A DNA stretch of 64,000 bases from Podarcis vaucheri (lineage: Eukaryota): the NCBI GenBank assembly GCA_965113315.1, contig OZ220365.1; one strand, 5' to 3'. How positions within the stretch are numbered: the first letter of the stretch is position 1; the number at the start of each line of letters is the position of its first letter. The position numbers were made by a program, and so were the translations under genes. Below are positions 51,191-61,495 of the stretch, piece by piece. Below the pieces are notes generated by a model. The model saw only the letters and a program-made list of their open reading frames with translations, ran no database searches and was not told where the DNA came from.

Positions 51191-51527
51191 CCGTATTTTT
51201 CGCTCTATAGGACGCACCTGACCATAGGACGCACCTTGTTTTAGAGGGGGAGAACAAGAAAAAAATTCTCCCCCTCTCTGCACAGCACCCCTTCAGCGAA
51301 GCGGCAGGGAGCTCCCACTGCACTCTGGAGGCTTCAGGTGGCTATCCTTGAAGCCTTGAGAGCGAGAGGGGTTGGTGCACACCGACCCCTCTCGCTCTCC
51401 AGGCTTCAGAGGCTTCGCATTGCTATCGCTGAAGCCAAGGAGGCTGCATTCACTCCATAAGACGCACACACATTTCCCCTTAATTTTTGGAGGGGAAAAT
51501 GTGCGTCTTATAGAGCGAAAAATACGG
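51191..51527. mobile_element. Tc2-like non-autonomous element
   Basis: TA TSD; TIR CCGTATTTTTCGCTCTATA.GACGCAC. Confidence 0.9.
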
Positions 51528-51828
51528 TAATGATGCAATCACTCCTGTGCTATTAATGCAGATCCCAGACTTGTACATGTGGGAGGGGATTTTCACAGGG
51601 TATAATGAAGTCTCTTTCCCCACTAAAGCCACATTTCCTTGTGGTCCAGTTCACTTTATCTGGACATTATCTTGGATGTGAGCATCACATCAACTCCCAT
51701 AGGCCCCACAGGTTACATATGCTTTGCATGCTAGATGACATGGATCATTGCTAATGTTTATTATAATTCACTGTGTCCAGAAGGCTTGATTACACTAATT
51801 TTCTGGGTTTCTTCACTTCCATAAGCAG

Positions 51829-52006
51829 AATACCTTCGAAGCATATCTTTGCCTGTTCCTGTTGTTGTAGAAGATACTAGTAGCAGCAGCGAATATGGCT
51901 CTGTTTCACCTGATACAGAATTAAAGCTTGACCCATTCTCTTTTAAAATGAGAGCCAAATCTTGTGGAGAAAAGGATGCAAAGGGGCTAAGGTCCCTTTT
52001 TCTAAG
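51829..52006 (+). CDS. MAP3K5: ASK1 exon 22 (178 bp) EYLRSISLP...RSLFLS
   Basis: aagcag|A ... AG|gtaaaa; contains the 14-3-3 motif. Confidence 0.95.
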
Positions 52007-52098
52007 GTAAAACTTCCATATTGCTTTGTGGAAAGAAACTGACTTTTGCAAATAAATTTAGTGGTTTTAATAGCAGTTTCTAATTTATATATTTTCAG

Positions 52099-52267
52099 CA
52101 TCCCAGATGAGAATTTTGAGGACCACAGTGCACCTCCTTCACCTGAAGAGAAGGATTCTGGCATCTTCATGCTCAAAAAGGATAGTGAACGGCGAGCCAC
52201 CCTTCATAGAATCCTAACAGAAGACCAAGATAAGGTGGTGAGAAACTTGATGGAAGCCTTAGCACAG
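52099..52267 (+). CDS. MAP3K5: ASK1 exon 23 (169 bp) IPDENFEDHSAPPSP...EALAQ
   Basis: tcag|C ... CAG|gtaaac; preceded by a 92-bp intron. Confidence 0.95.
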
Positions 52268-52976
52268 GTAAACAAATACCCTTAGCATAGTTAACAGTAA
52301 AATAAGTGCTTGTAATCAGAGGACTAGCACATCCCAAACTGGAAGTTTTTGCAAGGTTTCATTGATATTACTCTGGTGTATTTGTTTATGATTGATAATT
52401 TAGAACACCTTTATCAGATGACTGAGTGTTTAGGGGCTCATTTAGTGGGGATACATAATTAAATGCAAGTACCTCTGCAAGACTTAAGACTGCAATCCTA
52501 TATACACTTAAGCAGGAGTAACTAGTATGGAACTATAAAGTTCAGTGCACTGTATAACAAGTTATTTAAGACATCCTAGGATTGTGCATAGCAAACACCC
52601 AAATGCTGCAAATTAGGCATGCACTTTGAAAGCAGAGGCTTTTTTGTAGAATAATATTTCTCAGAAATAATTGGCTTTACGAAGTAGTAAAAAGTAGAAG
52701 CAGAGAAGCGTAAAATACTATATGGTGTGCACAAGTCAAACTTGAATTCTCCTCAGGTTCTAGGTCTCTAGTAAACAGTAATCCACATATTTGGGGGCTT
52801 TTGTCTTTAAAAATGAAAGCAGAAACAGATTACTAGATAGCTGGATTATGTAAAACTTCTACAGAATAAAAACATGTCAATCAAGATATGTATAGTGACA
52901 AATGCTCTATTTGACTCTCAGAGACTATAGTTTGACTTGGAAACAGAAATGCAAAAGTATTTGTGTGGTTCTGTAT

Positions 52977-52978
<2 letters not shown>

Positions 52979-53008
<30 letters not shown>
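52979..53008 (+). repeat. (AC)15 microsatellite
   Basis: read directly from the sequence. Confidence 0.95.
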
Positions 53009-53010
<2 letters not shown>

Positions 53011-53614
53011 TTATTAGAGTACTTTAATCTGGGAATAAAATTTAAAAGTGAGGAAAATGTATAGAAAAATGTAGGAAAAATACTTTCCTCTCCCTGTCCA
53101 AATTGTAACACAGTTGACCTTGCTAAAGCACACCATTAGGATGGGCCTACAAGGAATTGACTCCAGTTAACCCTGGTAGTTTGGCAACTTTGCTTTGAGG
53201 AATTTACTCATCAGCCTTTGGTTTGTATGATGCTAGAAAATTTCATTGTGTTACAGGAGAATGGCTATGGCTATCTAACAACAGCATCACATTGCAGATG
53301 TTGCAATTAGTAGATAAATGAAGTGTTGTTCTGTGACTCACCTTGGGTGAAGTAATGTAACTTAAGTGTGAAATCTGAGTTGACCATGGCATATACCTAA
53401 ACTGTGCTCAGCACTAGGGCTGCGCAATCTGACCTATTTCACCACCAGTGAGTCTAATTTTTTCAATCCCAGGCCACAAGTTGCAGCAAATATGGGAAAT
53501 GCTGTGCCTCAAAGTGGCTTACTCTTGCAGCATTATTATGTACAGGAAGTTCCACACTAAATAAGCCAGACCATTCTGAGATAAGAGTAATTAAATCTCT
53601 CATTAGTCAGGCGT

Positions 53615-54313
53615 AACTGTGCCCCTGAAGGACCAGGTGCGCAGCCTGGGAGTCATTTTGGACTCACATTTGTCCATGGAGGCACAGGTCAATTCTGTGT
53701 CCAGGACAGCTGTTCACCAGCTCCATCAGGTACACAGGCTGAGACCCTATCTGCCCACAGACTGTCTCACCAGAGTGGTGTGTGCTTTGGTTATCTCTTG
53801 CTTGGACTACTGCAATGAAGGTGACCCAGAAACTACAACTAATCCAGAATGCAGCAGCTAGACTGGTGACTGGGAGCGGCCACCAAGACCACATAACATC
53901 AGTCTTGAAAGACTTACGTTGGCTCTCAGTACATTTCCGAGCACAATTCAAAGTGTTGGTGCTGACCTTTAAAGCCCTAAACGGCCTCGGTCCTGTATAC
54001 CTGAAGGAGCATCTCCACCCCCATCGTTCAGCCCAGACACTGAGGTACAGCGCTGAGGGAACCTTCTGCTGATTCCCTCGCTATGAGAAGCCAAGTTACA
54101 GAGAACTAGGCAGAGGGCCTTCTTGGTAGTAGCACCCGCCCTGTGGAACGCCATCCCACCAGATGTCAAAGAGAAAAGCAACTACCAGACTTTTAGAAGA
54201 CATCTGAAGGCAGCCCTGTTTAGGGAGGCTTTTAGTGTTTAACAGACTATTGTATTTTAATATTTTGTTGGAAGCCGCCCAAAGTGGCTGGGGAGGCCCA
54301 GCCAGTTGGGCCG

Positions 54314-54363
<50 letters not shown>
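53615..54363 (+). mobile_element. L2 LINE 3' fragment with (TAA)n tail
   Basis: peptides VRSLGVILDS.LSMEAQV, LDYCN, KLQLIQNAAARLVTG; (TAA)16 at 54316-54363. Confidence 0.9.
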
Positions 54364-54364
<1 letters not shown>

Positions 54365-54397
54365 TTGCTGCTTACAAACTTTATTAATCCTGTGTGT

Positions 54398-54773
54398 AAG
54401 GTAAAGGTAAAGGACCCCTGGACGGTTAAGTCCAGTCAAAGGCGACTAGGGGGTTGCGGCACTCATCTTGCTTTCAGGCCGAGGGAGCCGGTGTTTGTCC
54501 AAAGACAGCTTTCTGGGTCATGTGGCCAGCATGACTAAACTGCTTCTGGTGCAACACAACACCGTGACAGAAACCAGAGCGCATGGAAACACCATTTACC
54601 TTCCTGCCACCTATTTATCTACTTGCACTGGCGTGCTTTCGAACTGCTAGGTTGGCAGGAGCTGGGACAGATCAACGGGAGCTCACTCCGTTGCAGGGAT
54701 TCGAACTGCCAACCTTCTGCTCAGCAAGCCCAAGAGGCTCAGTGGTTTAGACCACAGCGCCACCCATGTCCAC
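54398..54773 (-). mobile_element. Sauria SINE
   Basis: TSD AATCCTGTGTGT at 54386-54397 and 54774-54785. Confidence 0.92.
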
Positions 54774-55305
54774 AATCCTGTGTGTGTCCCTAAGCATATT
54801 AGTGGTTAAAATGAATTGAGGAGTTTTCTCCAGATAACCAGTGATGCAGTTCATACAAAAATATTCAAAGGGCATGTGATCCTTTTCACTGTGCTTTCCT
54901 CACACATTCACGGGAAATGTATTCAAAAGTATTCTGTGAGAGTCTTAGCTGAGAAGTTGAGGGTATAAATTCCAAAGTGTGAATGAGATGTGTTGGTAGG
55001 GAAAAGGTAATAAACCAAATGTCTCCATACACTGAATGCTCTGTTTCACATCTTGTCATGTACCAAGTCCTTTTGCACCTGTAGATGACACCAACGACAT
55101 AGGAAATAGAACTGAAAGCAACATTTTCTATTGCAGTTTTGGAAATGCTCATATAGTAAATGTTTACTGCTTCAATGAATAGTAATGAAGTACACTGTAG
55201 TTCGGAAAATGAGTACACCACTAGTAGCCTGGTCTTTTTCTATCATTTCTGCGTCTTTGCCTTGTGTCATGCTTCTCTATATGTCTAGAACAGCCTTCTA
55301 AAAGT

Positions 55306-56400
55306 CATAGGGACATAAGAAGAGCCTCTGCTGGATCAGACAAAGGCCTGCCTAAGCCAGCTTTTCACAGTGAGCAAGCAGGTGCCTATGAAAAGCCCAC
55401 AAGAAGGATGAGAGCAATAGTTCTCTTCTTCTGTTGTTTCCTGCTTTTCAGATGCCTGCTGCCTCTGATCTTGGAGGGTAGAATAAAGTGAACATGATGA
55501 GTAGCCATTTTTAGCCATATCATGCATGAATTTGTCTTAATTCTTTTTTAAAGCCAATCTTAGTTCATGGCCATCACCACGTATTGAGGTAGCAGATTCC
55601 ATAGTTCAACTATGTGCTGGGTAATGAAGTCTTTGCCCCCCAATCTGTCCTGGATGTCCCACTGTATACCTTCATTAGGTGCCTGGGAGTGCTAATGAGT
55701 GAGAAAAGCATCTCTCTATCCACTTTCTTAACACTAAGCATAATTTTATGAACTTCAGCCATGTCTTTCTAACTCACCTTTTTTTCTGAAGTAACCCTCT
55801 TTCCCAATATTGTACCCTTTTCTCATAGAGAAGCTGCTCCAACCTGGATCATTTTGCTTTCCCCTTTCTGCAACTTTTCCAGCTCTACAATATCCTTTTT
55901 AAAGATGTGAGAACGTATTCCAAATGTGATCACCTCACAGATTAATATAAAAACATTATGATATTGGCAACTTTGCTTTCAATCCCTTTCCTAATAATCC
56001 CTTGCATGCAATTTGCTAGTACATGCACTGGGCTGATTGTTGTCATTGAATGGCCTCAAGGTCCCTTTTCTGGTCAGTCACCACCAGCTCAAACCCCATT
56101 AGCATATTTGTGAAATTTGAATTTTTGGTGCCCAATATGCATCACTTCACACTTGAACCACAGACTTGGACAACTAACCACTCATCCGTAATTCCAGATC
56201 ATTTATAAGCAAGTCAGAAATCACAAGTCCCAACACAGATCCTTGGGAAACCCATTTCTTCCATTGTGAAAACCTTCAGTTTATTCCTACTTTCTTCTTC
56301 CTGTTTTTTAACCAGTAATCTGTGCATACTTTCTTCAGATACCTTGGGTCAGGAACTGTTATCAGAATGTTTTTTGAAAGTCCAAATACACTATGTCTAT
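55306..56400 (-). mobile_element. Old degraded CR1 fragment
   Basis: CATAGG.ACATAAGA tail and decayed RT-like sequence; boundaries approximate. Confidence 0.55.
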
Positions 56401-56595
56401 TTCTGGAACCCTGCAGTTTCTGTTATATACATCCCATAGCTAAAAGAGCACAGTATTTGCAAAAAGACTGAATTGTTGAAGCCTTATGGAAATCTATAGA
56501 TGGAAGTAGTGCCTAGAGGAATATTCACTGTATATTTTCACTATTGCCTCATGATTACACAAAGGTAATTAGCTATTTTTTGTTTGTTCTAACAG

Positions 56596-56781
56596 GGACC
56601 TGAAGAGCCTAAGCTGAAATGGGAACACATCACAACTTTAGTCGCCAGCCTCAGAGAATTTATACGGACAACTGATCGCAAAATTATTGCAAATACACTT
56701 TCAAAGCTAAAACTAGAGCTAGACTTTGACAGTCAGGGCATCAGCCAGGTTCAGCTGGTCCTCTTTGGTTTCCAAGATGCA
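56596..56781 (+). CDS. MAP3K5: ASK1 exon 24 (186 bp) GPEEPKLKWEH...FGFQDA
   Basis: acag|G ... GCA|gtaagt. Confidence 0.95.
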
Positions 56782-56879
56782 GTAAGTATACATTTCTCTC
56801 TTTTTTGCTAGTTTTGCTAAACTGATTTTTCATATACTGATGAATGTCTTAAATCTGCAACACAATTGAGTGAAAGTTA

Positions 56880-57110
56880 ATCATGAGCCAGTTTGGTAAA
56901 GTGGTCAGAGTGCTCAGACAGGGCTTGGAAGACATAGTTTAAATCCCTCCTGAGACATGAAGCTCACTGGGTGACCATGAGCAAGTCTGCTTTTCGTTCT
57001 AACCAACCTCACAGCATTGTTGTGAAGATAACATAGGGGTGGAGGAAACACAATGTATGTCACCTAGAATTCACTGGAGACAAAATGGAATCGAAATGCA
57101 TAAATAAGCA
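56880..57110 (+). mobile_element. MIR/CORE-like SINE (similar pieces near 24650, 25740, 58410)
   Basis: tRNA-like head and ACCTCACAG..TTGTTGTGA.GATAA core. Confidence 0.55.
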
Positions 57111-57242
57111 AGTTTCTTGTACTAGAGTTTAGAATGAGAAACACTATGTCCAGGCTAATACATTATGAATAATGTGAGAAATATCCTCCTCCTTTAGTTA
57201 CATATCACGTTTATTTCACGCATTTAACTCCAAGGAGCTTGA

Positions 57243-58405
57243 TGTCATGGATCCGGGTGGGTGGGTGCGTGCAAGGAGGCTGGTCGAGCCAGGGCAGAGA
57301 AGAGATGTGGCCAATAAATATATGACCCCAGGAAGAGATCTAGTTCAGTTCGATTGTACCAGGTGCAGAGCCTAGGGGGCGCTGCAACTATGAGGTAGAA
57401 TGGAAGGCGAGAGGCAGGAGGGCATCAAATTCTGGCATTGCACAGTAAAGGTAAAGGGACCCCTGACCGTTAGGTCCAGTCGCGGACGACTCTGGGGTTG
57501 CAGCGCTCATCTCGCTTTACTAGCTGAGGAAGCCGGCGTACAGCTTCCTGGTCATGTGGCCAGCATGACTAAGCCGCTTCTGGCAAACCAGAGCAGCACA
57601 CGGAAATGCCGTTTACCTTCCCGCTGGAGCGGTACCTATTTATCTACTTGCACTTTGACGTGCTTTTGAACTGCTAGGTGGGCAGGAGCAGGGACCGAGC
57701 AATGGGAGCTCACCCCGTCACGGGGATTCGAACCGCCAACCTTCTGATCGGTAAGCCCTAGGCTCTGTGGTTTAACCCACAGCGCCACTCGTGTCCCGCA
57801 TTAGACAGAGCACCGCTGAAATTTGAGGCCCCAAGTTCTGCCACTGATCCAGTGGACTGAGAAGGCCTCTGCTTGGGGGAGCCGGAGGAAGAGACTCCTG
57901 AAAAGGGTTCAAATAGGCGGGGGCATTCCCTTGCCGTATTCCCTCTCTCCATCAGTCGCCACAGCCCTGAGGCACAGGCTTCTCCATCTCTGGAGCAGTC
58001 GAAGATTGGTTCTGCCTCATCCATTTTTCCTGTAGGAACACCAGCTCTGCCTCTGGAGTTGCCAGAAACCATGTTCAGTGTTGCCTTTCCACCTGTCCCA
58101 TCCACCTGTGATGAGGCAGTGACCCACCTAGGTCACAGAGACACCAGTGTAGACATGAGCAGGTAGAGTAGGCTCAGCTAGGTTGCTTGCCCAGACTTCA
58201 GAGCAGAAATGCTTGCTGTGCTAAGTCGTGCACACCCCATTCCCTTGCAGGGGGGCATGTTGTTGGCGTATTGGTGTCTTTGCTTGTGTAGCTGCTGTCC
58301 CTTTGAACTGCATTTTGCGTATGCATTGCACTGATCTCAGCATTAAACATTTTGGTAGAAACTGCAACCTATGTTCAAGTTCTTCACTGAGTGGGAGCCA
58401 GGACA
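57243..58405. mobile_element. Solo LTR (probably Gypsy-like) containing a Sauria SINE
   Basis: TGTCATGG...CCAGGACA termini; flanks CTTGA/CTCAA; splits a MIR-like element. Confidence 0.7.
57446..57797 (-). mobile_element. Sauria SINE
   Basis: close match to the copy at 8367; degenerate TSD GCATT..ACAG. Confidence 0.92.
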
Positions 58406-58935
58406 CTCAAGGTGGTGTTAACAACTCTCTGAAATAAGTTAGACTGAGAGTCATTGACTGCCCAAATTCACTTGGTGTACTTCATGGCTGAATGGGGATT
58501 TAAACTCTGATCTCCAAGGTACTAGTTCTGAACTTTTATTAAAAATTTCCCAAAAGATGTCTTCAGACAACATACATTCTGAGGGGTTTTTAAAAGTGCA
58601 TTTTCCATGCCCTCTGGCATGCTTCATAAGACCCAGCCCTTTTCCCAATCTTTGAGGTGGAGGGGCGGGCATCTGTCATCCCTCTTTCCAGCCCCAAGGT
58701 TAGGGGGGAAGGCAAGGGCTTGTTTTGTTGACATGCTACCAAGGCTGATGGCTGTTTAGGACACAAGATCCTTTTCTGGTGCTATTTTTAGGTTGTAATG
58801 GTGGTGAAACATGAAAATATCAAAATTGCCTTCCTTTCTGACAATGAATAATAACTTTTCTTTGTTATGCACACCTACACTCTAATATTAGAAAGGAAAC
58901 TTAATAGTGTTTCTAATTCCGGTGTCTCTTTCCAG

Positions 58936-59041
58936 GTGAATAAAGTTTTAAGAACTCACAATATCAAACCACATTGGATGTTTGCGCTAGATAGCATAAT
59001 TCGCAAAGCTGTGCAGACTGCTATTACAATCCTGGTTCCAG
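58936..59041 (+). CDS. MAP3K5: ASK1 exon 25 (106 bp) VNKVLRTHNIKPHW...ILVP
   Basis: ccag|G ... G|gtgaga. Confidence 0.95.
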
Positions 59042-59807
59042 GTGAGACACTTGCCACTCTCTGAAATAGTTCTCAAAGGCTATCCTCCTAAGTGCACTTA
59101 ACATGGAGGAAAATTCTGCTGAAATCACCAACTTTACATGTTAATGTCTGCGGTTGCATACCCTTGTTGTGTTCCCCTAATAAAATTGTAATCTTTGAAG
59201 CAGTTATTGGCTACCCATGAGGGGGGGGGGAGTGTACAAGCACAGGACTCAAGCACAGATTGAAGGATCAGAAATATGCCAACTATGTGTCTCTAAAATA
59301 TACCCACTAAAATGTATGTATGAAGAAGATGATAGTTTCAGTCCTAAGGACTTAAAGCTGCAAGTATTCTAAGACCTACAGCTAAAAAAACTGACACCTG
59401 ATTATCAAGGCACTTGAATTTTACACTCCTCGTTTTATTTCTTTAAGGTTTAGCAATTCATTAGATTTAATCTGAGACTCTATCTTTCCCAGAATGCTTA
59501 GTACATGCTGTGATCGGTGAACACACAGTTAATCGGACCATATATATTAGCTCCCTTTGGGGCACATATCATTAAGACAAAATGATCAAAAACTGTTCAG
59601 CTTCTACTTCCTAAGCTCCTTCTAAAATCAAGAGGGCGATTTATCACTTTTGAAGTGCTTATCATTTTCTAAGTGCTATACAGAGTTTGAAAGGTAAGTC
59701 GATCCAGGCCCTGCAGCCTCACAATCTATCAACAACATGCAAAAGGAAAAGAAGAATGGAGAAGGGAGAAGAAAGCACATACATTCAGGCACTGGTTCTT
59801 GAAGTTA

Positions 59808-59810
<3 letters not shown>

Positions 59811-59845
<35 letters not shown>
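59811..59845 (+). repeat. (AAT)n microsatellite
   Basis: read directly from the sequence. Confidence 0.95.
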
Positions 59846-59847
<2 letters not shown>

Positions 59848-60683
59848 GGTAGGAAGTGTGCAGTTTGGTCTAGATGGATTTATAAAATGTTTGAAAAAAA
59901 TCAACTCTGGTCAGAGGCATGGAAAATAGTAAGCCCTGAAGCATTTGCTGTATGAAAAGTGCTCCGGCTTAGTGACCAGGAAAGAGCTTTAGAGATTATT
60001 TTTGAAAAATCCCATAAGCCTTCCATTCTGCATGCAGCTGCAATGAGTATTTGCAAGACATGAGAATGAATTGCCTGATAGATGTAGTGCAAATCCTAGT
60101 CAGCACTTGTTGATTTAGTAGCTGCCGCTGGTCAGACCTCAAGGCCTGTGTGTAGTGCAGAGGTTGCTGTACATCTCTTATAACGATCAGCCTACGTGCC
60201 AGTCCTACATCCTATAAAGGACATGGCTGTTAGAATTAGTAATAATTTCTTTTGGTTGCAACTGCATCCCACTTACATAACCAAATCAAAGCAGCTTACA
60301 ATATAAACACAATAAAATGCCAACATTGCATCAAAAGCATATCCATAAAATGAAATGGAATGGAATGTAAAGCAAGAGCAGTATAGAACCACGCGAGGCA
60401 GGACAAAAGTGATGGCTTGGCAGGCCGATCAGTGGAGTCTACTAGTACAGTTTTATTATGTACAGTGCTTGGAGAGCTTTGCAGCCAAGTGGTTTATAAA
60501 TCTTTGTAAATACAATTAATTAAATACATAATTACTACAAAGAAAGCAAGAGTCAAACAAGCCTGGTAGGAGGAAAGAAGGTAAGCAAACAAGGAAAAGT
60601 GCAAGAACAGCCTGAGGGGTGAGGACCCTGCGGCACATGCTTCGTAGGCAGAAGATCTCAGGTTCAATCCTTGGCATCTCCAC

Positions 60684-61148
60684 CTGCTGCTTGCGTGAGT
60701 GCTGGGAGGACCGCTCCCTTTCTGCCAATTCCATCTGGCCTAGGGGGCGGGGCTGCATTCATCGCCACAGCATAAGAGGCCTGGGAGAGGCCTCCGGGAC
60801 ACGACTGCTGGTGCTGCTGCTTGCGTGAGTGCTGGGAGGACCGCTCCCTTTCTGCCAATTCCATCTGGCCTAGGGGACGGGGCCTGCATTCATCGCCACA
60901 GCATAAGAGGTCTGGGAGAGGCCTCCGGGACACGACTGCTGGTGCTGCTGCTTGCGTGAGTGCTGGGAGGACCGCTCCCTTTCTGCCAACTCCATCTGGC
61001 CTAGGGGGCGGGGCCTGCATTCATCGCCACAGCATAAGAGGTCTGGGAGAGGCCTCTGGGACACGACTGCTGTTGCTGCTTCGTGAGTGCTGGGAAGACC
61101 GCTCCCTCTCCTGCCAACTCCATCCGGCCTAGGGGGCGGGGCCTGCAC
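60684..61148 (+). repeat. Tandem array of about 3.5 x 130-bp GC-rich units
   Basis: TT(G)CGTGAGTGCTGGG recurs at 60691, 60821, 60952 and 61080. Confidence 0.93.
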
Positions 61149-61495
61149 TACCATCACAGTTTAGAGGACAGAGCAGCTACCGGCAGCAATGGACAAAATA
61201 GTTTTAAATGTTTTAATTGCTTTTAATTTGCAGCACCTTAAATGGGGGTTGTTGTTTTTTATAATATTATATTATTTCATTATCTGCTGCAAATGTTAAA
61301 GATGTTTATATATATTTTAAGGTGTTTTAAAGGTGCTTTTATTGTTTACTTTGTTGTACCACCGTGAATGGTGGTTTTTATTTATGTATTTTTGTTGTTC
61401 CATTTTGTTTTGTTTTTGGGGTTGGACACTGAGTGGGGCGGGGATTGGTTTTGTTTGGGCATAATTGTTTTGGTTGTTTTGTTTTCTATTTGTAA

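Noticed and set aside
60684-61148. CRISPR-like array
   Set aside because: The units are whole tandem copies with no unique spacers; the DNA is eukaryotic and there are no cas genes.
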